Assembly: GCA_004764695.1 (NCBI GenBank)
Contig: SMSO01000025.1
Coordinates: 2,480,001 to 2,544,000 of the forward strand
Origin: Schizochytrium sp. TIO01
Taxonomy: Eukaryota > Protista > Bigyra: Labyrinthulomycetes
Reading direction: 5' to 3'
Length of the DNA stretch: 64,000 nucleotides
Positions 11,821-24,517 of the stretch are shown piece after piece (the first letter of the stretch is position 1; the number at the start of each line of letters is the position of its first letter). The position numbers and the translations under genes are program-made. Under the pieces are notes generated by a model. That model was not told the origin of the DNA and ran no database searches. It saw only the letters and a list, made by a program, of their open reading frames with translations.

Positions 11821-14031
11821 CTAAGCGAGTGGACGTGGCGCTTTGCCCTTTCGACAATATTCACCTTGTTCATCAATATTTTCTGTTCTGATATAAGGAT
11901 GGTACGCAAGTTTTGCAACAGCTGGCCGCCTTTGAGGGTCAAGTTGACAACATTGATAGAGAAAGTCAAGTCCGTCCTCATGTACTAGACCTTCGTCCAA
12001 AAGAGGGGGGCCTTTAGCACTTGCAATAGCAAACATCATTGCTGCTGGATTCGAATAGTTATTCCATGGGGCCTTGCCAGTAATCATTTCAATCATGGTG
12101 CACCCCACAGACCACACATCCGCTAACTTCCACCCTGCCAACTTGGCAGCTTCATCTTCCGCAAGTTTTCCTACTTCTTGCCGAATGACTTCAGGAGACA
12201 TCCAGGGAATTGAACCCTGTATTGAGCTTGTAGGGCCCATTGTACGATCCGCTACCTTTTTGGCGCTTCCGAAATCTGCTACTTTTAGTGTATAATCACT
12301 TGAAAGGAGCAAATTCTGACACTTGATGTCTCGATGCGCAATACCAGCAGCATGTAATGAACGTAAACCTAGAAGCAACTGTCGCATATAATTTCGCATA
12401 ACTTTTTCTGACATGGCTCCTTCCCTCTCTAAGAGACCAGCAATGGACCCATGCTCAACAAACTCCATGAAGATATTAAATTGTTTTCCCACAGCATTAG
12501 CCTTATCAAGCCCGTCAAGAGTTTGCATAGGCATTCCAAACTGCTCCTCCTCAGTAATAGCTTCCATGGTCATATCATCAGTCACAGACCAGCCAAGACA
12601 TTGAACAACATTCTGATTGCGAAATGATGCTCGGCACATAAGTACAACTTCATCAATCATTTGATCAAGCATACTAGCGGATGTAATACGCACTTGCTTC
12701 ACTGCGAGTTTTTCACCATTGCGTACATTAAGAGCTTTGTAAACAATACCAAACTGACCATGTCCAATCACCTTTTCGCGTCTCCACGGATCGCAAAACA
12801 TTCCATAACCATCGCCTAGTCTATTAGTCATAGCATCTGCGCCACCCATACCCATAGGTGAAGAAGGGGTGTCATCATTTCGATTAATAGGAGACAGCGT
12901 TGGTAAGCGCTGAGGTGAAGAAGGTACCCCATCTACAGTTATGGTCCTCTGACTGGGACTTTCCAGACTAATTTTTCGTAAGGTAGCTCTATTACGACTC
13001 GCCTCTTTAGCTTGAGATGCAAGTTCACTTACAGTTGATATCGAGTTCGAGCTTGGTGTGTTTATTAACCCTCCACCTGGTGATCTGGCAGTAAATGCAT
13101 GCCATTCAATACTCTCAGAGGATATCACTCCAGGACTCTTGCAATCTACAGTCAATGGTCGATGGTTACGAATCGTAGAAAGTGTTTCGGTCTTTTCTCC
13201 AGCTCTTTCATCTAAAGCACTATTATGCCGAGACTCCCAGCGTGTAAAGTGCTCCACGGAATGAGAAGGTGAGTCTGTGCTAAGGGTTGAGAGTGATGTC
13301 TCTGTAATTGCATGAGTACTACTGTTTAGAGACATTTGTGTACGAATTGCATTGAGTTGTCCAGCTGGAATTGATGGGTGAAGAACTGCAGGCAATGTGT
13401 GGATGCGTTCCATAACGTTTTGAGATTTTGCGTCTTCGCTGTAGGTGGATGTAGCCGCTGGCATCTCCCTCGATGCCAGTGGGTAACTTTCCGAGTAAGT
13501 GTTATCGCGAATATTTTGACTAAAGTGGTGCGTAGGTGGAGGTCCAAGATTCGCATAAAACTGTTGTTGACTATTGCCTCCACTACCACTAGGCGATTGT
13601 TGCTGTTGTTGCTGTTGCTGATTGTTATATAATATTTGAGCCTTTCCCGTGTTAGGTCTAGAATTGGGTGAAAGTGGCAAAATCTGGCCCGGTACAGGAA
13701 GCGCTTGAAGCATCCCCGGTGGAGATTTGGCGCCAAGGCCATTACGATTCGATGGAGAGTGAATTGGTTTTGGTGGACCTTTAGGCGGGCCTCCAGTTCC
13801 AAGGAGGTGGCCTGGCTTGGGTGAGAGAGGTAGTGGTACAAGTTTTCGACTCTGATGTTTTGGTGATATTGAATCCTCACTTGTTGTGCTATATGTAGAG
13901 TTCATTGGTAACAGGGGTCGCGGTCCTCCTTGTCCAGGTAATTTTGAAATCGAACTCGTTTGTGGAACCGCTCCTGAAGTGCTATGCATATTAGAAGAAG
14001 CACTCGACGTCAAAGAAACCCCATTTTTCAT
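11821..14031 (-). CDS. Ser/Thr protein kinase, MAP3K (STE11/NPK1-like)
   Basis: C-terminal kinase domain: IGHGQFGIVY, LAVKQV, IFMEFVEHGSI, HRDIKCQNLL, ADFGSAK, GSIPWMSPEVI, DVWSVGCTMIEMITGKAPW. Long disordered N-terminus with a poly-Q tract. Confidence 0.9.
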   Translation of the reverse strand: MKNGVSLTSSASSNMHSTSGAVPQTSSISKLPGQGGPRPLLPMNSTYSTTSEDSISPKHQSRKLVPLPLSPKPGHLLGTGGPPKGPPKPIHSPSNRNGLGAKSPPGMLQALPVPGQILPLSPNSRPNTGKAQILYNNQQQQQQQQSPSGSGGNSQQQFYANLGPPPTHHFSQNIRDNTYSESYPLASREMPAATSTYSEDAKSQNVMERIHTLPAVLHPSIPAGQLNAIRTQMSLNSSTHAITETSLSTLSTDSPSHSVEHFTRWESRHNSALDERAGEKTETLSTIRNHRPLTVDCKSPGVISSESIEWHAFTARSPGGGLINTPSSNSISTVSELASQAKEASRNRATLRKISLESPSQRTITVDGVPSSPQRLPTLSPINRNDDTPSSPMGMGGADAMTNRLGDGYGMFCDPWRREKVIGHGQFGIVYKALNVRNGEKLAVKQVRITSASMLDQMIDEVVLMCRASFRNQNVVQCLGWSVTDDMTMEAITEEEQFGMPMQTLDGLDKANAVGKQFNIFMEFVEHGSIAGLLEREGAMSEKVMRNYMRQLLLGLRSLHAAGIAHRDIKCQNLLLSSDYTLKVADFGSAKKVADRTMGPTSSIQGSIPWMSPEVIRQEVGKLAEDEAAKLAGWKLADVWSVGCTMIEMITGKAPWNNYSNPAAMMFAIASAKGPPLLDEGLVHEDGLDFLYQCCQLDPQRRPAVAKLAYHPYIRTENIDEQGEYCRKGKAPRPLA

Positions 14032-15422
14032 ATTTATCAGAATTGAAAGAGCAACTTACGCGTTGACAACTAGTTTCCTTCTGTCAGCTTTCTCCTACCT
14101 TTTTCGCGTGCTAATATCGATGACTGCTGCAACTTGAAGAACTAGAAATACTATGTTGACTTGCGAATGTTTCGGAACTCCCAATTCATGGAAAAGATGG
14201 ATTTGAGAAATTACCCAGCAATGTTCGGCCTCTTGTCTTCTTGTGATAGAAGATGCTACAAAAAAATAAAATGGATGTGTCTACTTGAGCGTTCGTGGAA
14301 GTGTAGCAAGAACTCGTTGGCGTTATTTAGTCCGCGAAGCTCTGCTTAGATCCACGTTGTGAATGAATTTATCTGTGAAGACCGCCCTTTTCGATATCTC
14401 CAAGAGCCCGAGGCTCTCCACTACCAACTTAGGAAAGAGAACGAGCACTACTATCCCCCACCCACCAACCCGTCCAGCCGCAAAGCAAGCCGGCGGGTAG
14501 ACAGACTAATGAGTAGAACGAGCGAATCAGACCTATATCCCCTTGTCTCAGAAGTTAGGGAAAACAATCTATGCGACGTTCTATCTGTTGGTACTAGGCT
14601 GTGAGGTCTCCTCCTCGTCAATGAAGAGTTTATCATACTTGCAAAGCAACGGATAAATTTCACTAGTACCTATCTAATTATTACTAATAATATGCTGCGC
14701 AATCCGCAAAAGACCGGATGAGAACTCTTGCGCTGACGCAGGCGTCGGAGCGAGGGGATCAACGTATGCGCGGAGTTTAACTTTGGAGTTTATCCCAGTG
14801 ATATTTGCCATTTGGAGTTGTGAGTGCACAGGATTCGTTCAACCGCCAGATGTTGGGAATGGCAAAATCCTCCTCCCGTGACACCCGTGCTAAGTTTCTC
14901 ATTTAACAGTGCCTTTTAAGTACGTAATATGGTACGGTCTTTGATGCTGAGGTCCACAACACCACTACTGTTGGTAGAGTTTTACTCTGGCTCGAGCAGC
15001 TGTCTACTGTTGAAAAAGGGAAAGGAAAGGAGAAAGTTTTGGTTGACACGAGGAATCCAAGTATACATTCATTACTATGATGGCTCTGCAACTTGTGAGT
15101 TTTAGGATTGTATGGGAGAACTATGGTAGGTGTCATGAAAGAAAGGCTGGCAGTTCCATAACTTGTTGGAATAAGCATTAACATGTGAGTTGTTAGTTCA
15201 TGCGCGGCTATAAATCAGGAACGAGTTTGGGTTTTTGAGCCAGCTGGGAGTGCACGACGCGCCTATTGGTGCGAAGATATACAACAAAACAATCACATAT
15301 CGACAAAAATTGATTTTCTGTCATTAAGGTTGAAACACCATATGTTAAGGTCAAAATTCAAAGCTTTCCCCAGGGTTTACACAAAACAATGTTCGCAGTT
15401 TTGAATGGAAGGCTGATTCAAA

Positions 15423-17338
15423 TTACTTGTTGTTGGCCTCGTAGTTGTCGAGCCACTTGCTCATCATAGAGACCTGCTCCAGAACGGAACGCTTGGAGGT
15501 GGAGCCCTGGGCGTCGCGGGACTCGACGGAGCTCTCGAAGGACCAAACCTTCTCTACGTCCTCCTCGAAGGCGCTGTGGAGGGTCTTGAGCTCCTCAAGG
15601 GTAACGCTAGAGAGGGGCTTGTTCTGTATTAGATAGGATTTTCACCAAATGTTTACAAGTAATAATATGATCAAGCAATAGCTCAGGCAATGGCAATACG
15701 TTAGTCGGACTCATTTCAATTTCCATTTTACAACACCCTCACGCACACTCCCACCCTGCCAAATTACCGGGCATCAACTATGTGTGCCTAAGTTTGTGGG
15801 TATCTAATTCGGCTACACTGAGCTCTATACCAAAACATGTGAACATTTCGGAGAACTCGTTGACGCAGTTTACACTCTTTAGCACTAGTTTCATTCGGCT
15901 CTCCCTTTGGGAACTTGCACCTTTTCAAAAAGCTTGCAGGTTCCACATTTAAATGGCACGAAATGCTGCCAGTAACAGCTAATATTCCGTGCTAATATTA
16001 AAACAAACGTACCTGGTTCTCAGCGATCTGGACGGCCTGGCCAGAGATGTGGTGGGTCTCACGGAAGGGGACACCCTTGCGCACAAGGTAGTCAGCAAGA
16101 TCAGTGGCAAGCATGTCTGCGGAGAGGCCCTTCTTCATGCGGTCCTGGTTAATCTTAAGGGTGGCGAGGACACCAGTGGCGATGGGAAGGCATCCCATCA
16201 TAGTGTCAACGGAGTCAAAGAGGGGCTCCTTGTCCTCCTGCAAGTCCTTGTTGTATGTGGACGGGAGACCCTTGAGAGCCACAAGCATCGTGGTAAGGTT
16301 GCCAATGTTGCGACCCGACTTTCCGCGGAGGAGTTCGCATGCATCAGGGTTCTTCTTCTGCGGCATGAGCGAAGATCCGGTAGAGTACGCATCAGACATG
16401 CTAATGTACTTAAACTCGTTGGTGCTGTAAATGATGCAGTCCTCTGCAAACTTGCTTACATGGACGCCGGTGAGACTAGCCCAAAAGAGGAACTCTACGA
16501 TAAAATCGCGGTCCGAAGTGGCGTCGAGAGAGTTCCACGAAGGGCCCTGGGTGAAGCCAATGTCTTTCGCGAGCTCAGTGCGGTCCTCAGGGCCAAAGTA
16601 TGCGTGGCCGGCGAGGGCGCCAGATCCGAGGGGCATGACATCGATGCGCTTGGCAAGGTCCTCGAGACGCTCGGCATCACGCTTCCACATGTTGCAGTAC
16701 GCCATGAGCCATTGGCCCCAACGAATGGGCTGGGCAGGCTGAAGGTGGGTGTATCCAGGGAAGATGACGTCCACTTCAGCTTCGGCACGGTTGGTAGCAG
16801 TGCGCATGAGCTGCACAAGCTCAGACTTGAGGTCCTTGACCTGGGCCTTGAGCCAGAGACGCACGTCAGTGGCAACCTGATCGTTACGGGAGCGACCAGT
16901 GTGGAGCTTGCCGGCAACCTCGGCGCCGATGAGCTCGGTCAGGCGGCGCTCGTTGGCACTGTGGATATCCTCGTCGCTGGACTTGATCTTAAAAACGCCG
17001 CTCTCCCATTCCTTGTGGACGAGCTTGAGACCCTCCTGCATCTTGGAGCCCTCAGCCTCCGTGAGGAGTCCTGCGCGAACAAGAGCGCGAGAGTAGCACA
17101 TGGAGCCGTGGAGATCCTCCTTCCACATGCGCTTGTCAAAGCCAATCGATGCGTTGAACTTTTCCATCAGGGGGTCCACAGCTCCTGTGAAGCGACCTCC
17201 CCAAAGCTTGGGGCCTTCGTCATCCTTGCCAGAGCTGCTCAAGTTGCGAGCCACAAAGCTCTTGCGCACAAGGAGGTCCAAGCTGCCGCTGTGGACTTTG
17301 CCCAGCGCAACCTTGCTGCTTGCGAGACGGCTCAGCAT
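15423..17338 (-). CDS. ASL: Argininosuccinate lyase; two exons (17338-16013, 15623-15423), intron 16012-15624
   Basis: [42 protein letters not shown], signature [14 protein letters not shown]. Donor CAG|GTACGT and acceptor TACAG|AAC restore the C-terminus ([13 protein letters not shown]...NNK*). Start set at the first in-frame ATG (MLSRLASS). Confidence 0.95.
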
Positions 17339-17499
17339 CTTGTTCTTGCTCCCGGTGCTTCTAAACCACGCGCTTCCCAACGGTGTCAGCTCTGTACCAC
17401 GATGCGCGGGCACCGATCGAGTTTGCGATTTGCTTGCGCCGCAGTCAACAATCGATGTCTCCAATTCACTCACTCCCTCCCTCCCTCTCAATACTTTAA

Positions 17500-17800
17500 T
17501 TACTTTACTTTACACTACATTAGACTACATTACATTACATTACATTACTTTACATTATCTACTTTACTGAAGTACTTTGCTTTGCATTACTTTGCTTTGC
17601 ATTACTTCGCTTCGCATTTACTTTGCTTTGCTGTACGTTCCTTCCATATCCGCAATGCTCTCTTTCGATTCGCTGACCACTTTCTACGTATGAACGAATG
17701 AGCTGTCCATCATTCGCCTTCGTTGCATTGCGTTGCATTGCATTGCGTTGCATTGCATTGCATTGCATTGCATTGCATTGCATTGCATTGCATTGCATTT
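17500..17800. repeat. Pentanucleotide microsatellite field: (TTACA)/(TTACT)/(TTGCT)-like, then (TTGCA)n
   Basis: Directly visible; about 15 TTGCA/TTGCG units at 17723-17798. Confidence 0.9.
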
Positions 17801-18005
17801 CCTGTTCTTGGACGAAGTAGTAGCACACGAATGAAATCAGGCAAGAAAACCTCGAATTTGCGACTCGAAAGCCTTCGTGCTGGACATCGCCGATATCGCC
17901 GCCAACAGGCAGGGGGCTATATCGCAGCGTCAGCTCCTAGGCAGTGCCCGCGGCATCCCTCCCCAACTTGAAGACCGCTGGCGAGCTGCAAGTTCTTGCG
18001 CTGTG

Positions 18006-18040
18006 TATTCATTCATTCATTCATTCATTCATTCATTCAT

Positions 18041-18080
<40 letters not shown>

Positions 18081-18450
18081 TTTTGGCGCTGCTTTGGTTT
18101 CTTGTTTCCAAACTTTGGTTCATTCACTCCTTCATTCACGACTTGGCTGGTGCCTCCTCTTCTTGCCCGAAAGAGCGGCCGCCAGCGAAGAGGGCCCCGC
18201 CGGCGCCAGTCCGCGGGGAACTAGGCTGCTAGGTCACTCGGGTTCTGTCGCAGAACTCGCTCGCTCGCTGCGGAATCCAATGCGGACTGCGCGATGTGCG
18301 GGTTGCCGATCTTGAGCCACTCAATTAAAGGGAGACAGAGAGAGAGAGACAGAAAGAAAGAAAGAAAGAAGCGCCTTTCTCTATCTTTTACTTTATTTTT
18401 ACTTTATTTTTACTTTATTTCTACTTTATTTCTACTTTATTTATTTTATT
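18006..18450. repeat. Microsatellites (ATTC)n-(TTTC)n, (GA)/(GAAA)n and a TTTTACTTTA-like tandem
   Basis: Visible at about 18006-18080, 18331-18370 and 18385-18450. Confidence 0.85.
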
Positions 18451-20293
18451 GCTTTAGCTAAAACTAAGTGATCAAAATAATTTTTTAGGTTAATTAGTAC
18501 TCATGATAATAATAATAATCATCGTCACAATCGTCGTAATAATAACTTAAAAAAGAATATCTTGAATAATACCTTGAATAGTGATAAATAATAAACATTG
18601 GATAATAAAAGTACCCACTACTTGCTTGCTAGCCGCCCTGCTAGTGAAAACGATGTGATAGTTTTAATAGTTTATTTTTATTTTATTTTATTTTATTCAT
18701 TTGTTTTAATTGAGAAAGGTTTTAAAGAATCTTACTCCTAACGAGAGAAGAGAAGAGCAACGCAACACAATAGTACAAATAACCCTTCTCAAAGTTCATC
18801 TCTTTGCTGTCGTATGCAATGCAAGTGTTCAAGTGGATCGCCATTTGGCCCTGACGCAGAAGTCGAAACGCACAGCCCATAGCTTTTAGCTGTTCCGAAC
18901 TGGCCTCAGCTTCTGCGAACGGTATCGTTGCTCTACATTGCTTCTATTTTACTGTGAAGGAGCCCTCCACGCAAACCCAATGGCTACAGTTCATGGTAGT
19001 TAGGTCCCTACTTTAGCAAATCTTGATTCACCCTCTTTCGAACATGCTTGCATACACTAGTCTGGTGTGAATGGACCAGGTGTGCAGCGTCACATGCGTA
19101 CAAGACCGGGGTATCTTCCCGCATTGCTCTAATTTTATTAGCCTAAAACTAAACTAAATGCGCCAGAATGAGGATTCCTACCAAGTCCAATCAATCAAGT
19201 TCCAAACCGTCATCAGTTCAGGGCTCTCATGAATCATGGTGTCCTTGAATGCTCTTTTAAAATTGGCCATTTTGCCTGAGAATGCCTTTCATGAGGGGTG
19301 TGCGTGCGTGTGTGCGTGGCTTTGAGACTGAGTTTAATGGGGAGTAGGAGCAGCCTTCTTCTTCGAAAGCAAAGAAGGAGTTCTTCATGGGAAAAGACCA
19401 CCTTATTTTGTTATGTGGATGTATGGTGTAACTTAGTGTGATTAAGGTGAGTCTTTGTATCCTATCTGCGTTCTTTCGTTCTCTAGGCAGAATCCAAAGT
19501 CACTCCCATAGTACACAGTATCTTGGCTATAGGTCACTTTATGGTATAATTGTCTACTTGTGAGGGCTTTATATGTAATAGTATAAGTTTGGAACAAATG
19601 GATGATATAGTAGTTGACTTGAGTGACATGATTTTGGATAGCGCGAGAGAAGTTAGTCTCCGCTTCTTCAGTTCCTCTCCGCGACGACGCCTTGAAACCC
19701 CGCGAGCGACCGTGGACTCTGAAGCCGACCAGGTACGTCTCCCCTAACCATCTTGTTCTCTTGCTGCGCCGCAAATAGCCTCCCGCGCCCCTGCCACCTA
19801 GCATGGGCGACGCGGAAGCTCTGGCGCCGTCTCCATCTTTCTTGACTCTCTACGTTTTCTAGCGATTATCCAACATCGGCACTCCTTGTACACGACTCTT
19901 GAGACTGCAAACTACAGGAGAGAAAGCCTTTTGACCTCGGGAATGTAGTTCACCTGGGCAGGACGATCGTGATGCATTTTGTAGCATGCAGAAACAGTGG
20001 AAACTAACTTTTTCAGTGGATTTTTGCTTTCACATCGTGATCTTCTCTGTCGATGATCTTCTCCATCGGACATGGAAATGGCGATGACCTCAACTATATT
20101 ATGTACAAAAACTCCCATGATATTTTTTGTATGGAATCGTTCGGCGAATCTTGACCAAATGGCCTCGCGTTGTGATATGATGTTTGGCTTGTTTTGTGTT
20201 GTTGTTCTTTAATTGTGGATTTGTAGCAGCAAATAAAAGTGCGAGGAAGAAACTCTTGCTGGTGTAGCAAGCAACCAATACCTTTAGGACAAA

Positions 20294-20644
20294 ATGGCAG
20301 ACATGATGAAGCTGAAGAAGGCCGAGGACGAGGCCACCAAACAGGTCGAGGCTGCACGGAAGCAGCGTGCGGCGACCCTCAAGCAGGCTCGCGCCGACGC
20401 CGATGCTGAGATCAAAGCGTACCGTGATTCGCAGATGAAGAAGCTCACTACTCTTGAGAAGGACCAGTCCGATGATAACAGCTTGATCCAGGATCTCTCC
20501 AAGAAGATGGAGGAGGACATCTCAACGCTCAAGAGCGATGTCGAGAAGAACTCCAACACCATTGTCGACATGATGCTTCACGTGGTGACCCAGGTCGACC
20601 TCGTGGTCCCGCCCTCGCGCAAGGGTGTCAAGACCAAGAACTGA
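20294..20644 (+). CDS. ATP6V1G: V-type ATPase subunit G
   Basis: 116-aa coiled coil with LKKAEDEATKQVEAARKQRAATLKQARADADAEIKAYR, the subunit G N-terminal pattern. Confidence 0.85.
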   Translation: MADMMKLKKAEDEATKQVEAARKQRAATLKQARADADAEIKAYRDSQMKKLTTLEKDQSDDNSLIQDLSKKMEEDISTLKSDVEKNSNTIVDMMLHVVTQVDLVVPPSRKGVKTKN

Positions 20645-21518
20645 TGCTCGTGGCAATTACAAACAGCAGAATATCATGATAAGATTAACGGCGAGCAACG
20701 GCGAAAACTCTATGTGAACGATGAGGAATAAGCTCCGGCAAAGTTTTCTCGTTTTGTCAGAAAGCCCGAATCCAGCCAGTAAGCTAGCAAGTAACTTCGT
20801 GAATTAAGAAAGCTTGGGTGGGTGACGACGACACACCGCGTTTGTTTCTGCATCGCGCCAAGCCAACCGTCCAGTGTTTTTGGGCAACTTGCGAAATATA
20901 AAAAGAAAAAACAACTTTTAAGTGAAGCATTTTTTGTTTTCTTACCAACCAAAAAATTTTGGTTTTCTCAGACGAGGAAATGAATCGTTTGTTGTAATTT
21001 CTATGATTCATATTAATAGATAATACCATTCCATTACGCAAATAGCTACTCTAGAATCATAGTTTCACATGTTGAAAAATGTTATAGAAGTAGCTGCAAT
21101 TGCTCCAGGCGCAAGAAAGGGAGGGTAGTTTGGTTGGATCGGTGCAATGAGACTTTAAACCAATTCTTTGACCTTGACCATAGTGTTTGTGAAGGCGACC
21201 TTTTTCCTCAAAATAAGAATCAAAGCAAAAAGAACAGGGAGAAATAACAAAAAAGGAGAGCACAATATTTTAGAATGTCGAATTTAGTGCATTTGCCTCT
21301 TGCGCACATATGGACCTACCTGCGCTGCTGCAGGATAAAGATTTGTACTTTTGTCAAGAGTTCTCGCATCATACGTTCCTATATCTATACTAAATTGGGA
21401 AGCAACAAGATGTCAGAGTCGTACATGCGCGATGATTTACACCGCATGAAATGGGAGAAAGAAGGCACTGAAAACCATGTCTTAAGTTTGTCACCAAACC
21501 AACGATTCACTAGATACT

Positions 21519-22955
21519 TTAATCATCGATCTCGGTAACAGCAGGAGCAATCGGAGGTACTGCCTCTGCTGTTTCGACCGCTGCATGAGAAGACTTCGTT
21601 TCAGAGTTCTCTTCCTTAGCATCAGCATCAGTATCAGCGGCAGGGGGTGCAAGTTGGCGCATAATGCCAGCACCAGACATACCATCAAAGAAGAAAAAGT
21701 TGTTCACAGGAGCATCCTTGCCAGTGATGCCCTTGAGAAGCTCCTGGCCAATAATTCCACCAACAACAGCACAGGTTGGGGACAGTTCAGCTCCTAAACG
21801 TGCACCCTTTACAAGTTCAACAACGGCATCCTCAGACAGCTGCTCAGGACTGATGTTCTGCGTAGACATAATAGTCTCCGTAAGCTCACGCGCAGCAGGT
21901 TCGGCCCAGGTATCAGCACCTGGAGCTGCATCGAGAGATTGGAGAACTTGCAAAGCGCAAAACTGCTCACCAATAGCCAAGCTAGAGTTTCGCGTTGTCA
22001 TGGTACGACGACGCTTTCTTTGAGGCTCAACAACATCCTTGAGCGAAACACTGAGAGCATCTTTAAGCGAGCAAAATGAGGCTTCGCGAGGTTCATGAGC
22101 AACCACCTTTTCGCCGTCTGCGTTGAGTTTGTTTGTGATCGTTTTCGCAAGGTAGGTATGCGTGTCGCCAAGGTCTTGGAACACAGTCGCTGACCAACCA
22201 AAACTCCAAGCAGATACAAAGCCGATGGATAGCGCTCTGCACATTGCATTAAGGTTCACGATGGTATCCATGTTGCCATCTGCCACGCAGACCATTGAAA
22301 AGGGTTTGAGATCCTCAAGCGCCAAATCCCGGGCCTGCTTTGTCATAACACCAACCTTTACCAATGGGTTGAGTTCTTGAACAGCTGGCGCAGCAGCCTC
22401 ACCACGGTTCTTGCCAAGCGCTTCTGCTGTGAGGAAGAAATTGCCACCAAGGTCTGCGGGCTCGACAACATTATCGTCCTGAATGGTCACACTCACACCT
22501 GCGAGCACAATGTTCTTACACACTTCTGCATTCAAGGTCCGAAATCCTACAAAGAGGACATGGGAGCTGCGCATGCGCCGCTGCGCCTCCACACCTGTAG
22601 TCAAGTTTGATTGCAATACAAAACGCAGACATTAATCAGGAACATGGATGATAAGCACACATCATCCACAGACACCACAATCCGAGCAGAAATGACAGGA
22701 CAAACATGAGAATTTGCAAGTAAAATTTTCACGCAAAGCCCTCGTCACGAAGAAAGTCAAAATGAAGTGGGAAGAGCCGTCGTTTAACCAGTGCGTTAGT
22801 TTCTTTGCCCCGTTTGGCCTTGACCTTTCGTCCAATTTAGTTAAAGGATGGTATCGCCACCACCTTTTTAGCGTGCTAAACGTACCCCAAAGTCGGATCT
22901 GCCGATCGTACACGGCCGCCTCCTGATCGGAGATGTCAGTCTCCGTGGTGGCCAT
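21519..22955 (-). CDS. SAE1: SUMO-activating enzyme subunit 1; exons 22955-22886 and 22594-21519
   Basis: EAAVYDRQIRLWG spliced (G|GTACG...CTACAG|GT) to VEAQRRMRSSHVL; EVCKNIVLAGV, ELNPLVKV, PTCAVVGGIIGQELLK, NNFFFFDG. Confidence 0.9.
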
Positions 22956-23180
22956 TGTGCGTGCGAGAGCTTCGAGCCAAGAGTCGTCCGTAGCCGCGCT
23001 CCCGAATTAGTTTATCGTTGTTTGTTCTTTGCTGTTGATCTTTCTATTGCTATTGTTGATGGTGGTTGCCTTTTTTCTTTTTCCGCTTTGTTTCCTCTCT
23101 TTAAATCTTATATTTTAAATTCATCTTATTTTTTTTAATGTCTTTACAAATGATTAAAAATTAAGTTATGAAAAGGATAA

Positions 23181-24123
23181 TTAAAAATCTATTGCAGCAG
23201 CGTCATCTCCGCGAAGACTAGAACTTATTGCCTTAGAACCAGATCGTTGAGGGGCAGATAAATTCATTAACTCTGGATTTAGATCATAAACTTCCCCATC
23301 CAACTCTTTGATGTAGCGTTTTATGGTACGCACATCTGAACGATACATCATCATGCCCGGAATCGGATTCTCCGTAAAATGTGGCAGAACGTCTCCCTGA
23401 CGTCGACTTATCCGATATTTCAGATATGGAAATGCACCTCTTTTGTGGTCATAAGCAGGAAGACCACTAGATGAAGGGTTTTTACTCTTAGAGCCGAACG
23501 AAGGGGTTGATTATCTCTTGAAGGTGACGCAGGAGGAAATTTTGATCTCACTATCATCTATCCAGATAGATTCCGACATAAACAGTAGTTCATGATCAGA
23601 ACCTTCGTCTTCGTTAGGCCTGTCACTGATGACATTGGTCTTTGGGAGGGAGATGGCTTGGGAACTTCTCAGCTTTCCACCGAACCCTTCTTTCTAGCAC
23701 TTGCTGCCACATGACTTCGTTTTGGTGTGGTTTGTAATGGATTTGTAGTTTGCTTGACCCAGGTTCCTTGCCAGGAGGTTTTGGTACATTTTTCACATTA
23801 CCAGCCGATAAGGTAGGATCATCTTGCTCTCCCTCCCCCTTTTTCTTTGTAGACTCACTGAATTTGATGTCTTGTTCATATATTTGTCAATATTAAAGAA
23901 AAATTCATCATCTAACAACCCGGTATCAACGACTTCATGACATGACACCCTATCAATGAATGCGACGTTTGTCTTCTTGGCTCTCGGTGATCTGTGTTTT
24001 CTGCTCATACTTACGTCATTGTCATTTGATGAGTTCGCTCGGCTCCTTCTTGTATGTAGTGCGTTTCTTCATATGGATCATTTGTGGCAATTCGTCTTCA
24101 TCTGATGATAAATCAGTTTCCAT
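23181..24123 (-). pseudogene. Possible decayed coding relic of unknown function
   Basis: The minus-strand frame runs from about 23650 to 23181 with one in-frame TAA at 23511-23513. Further broken protein-like segments extend to an ATG near 24123. Confidence 0.35.
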
Positions 24124-24517
24124 TGGAAAATGATGGTCGTTACTATTTATCTACCCAAACCATAGACTTGCAATTGATCCTAAAAGTGGCTCACGTGGTT
24201 CATGGCAAGCAAAATGAGAGCGATTAATGCATGCCAATGAAGTATAGCCGTAAATAATTTGTGACTCCCAGCTGTGATAAGGCATATTCTTATATAGGAA
24301 TGTTTACATCATCGATGATAAGTTTTCTTAGTTGTTAGAGCTCTGCAAATGTCGAAGTTTGCAACTTCGGCTCGAACTGACCGTCGCAGACAAAGTAGAT
24401 AGGGTTTCGTTTCTGGAGTCTTACAAAAAGAATAAAGTGCCAATGTATTATAACTCTAAGTTTTGGGCTTTGTTGATATAGACCTAAATTGAATACTTCC
24501 TTCAGAGTATTCGAAGA

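Noticed and set aside
15989-17701. 570-aa plus-strand ORF
   Set aside because: Antisense shadow of codon-biased ASL running into microsatellite sequence; no independent motifs.
19550-19935. Possible small spliced gene (CAG|GTACGT ... TTCTAG)
   Set aside because: The spliced product is short and featureless; it may be UTR of the V-ATPase G gene.
21519-22955. Functional link between SUMO E1 (SAE1) and the transposon Ulp1 protease
   Set aside because: They are 21 kb apart and the transposon is a recent insertion, so proximity is most likely chance.
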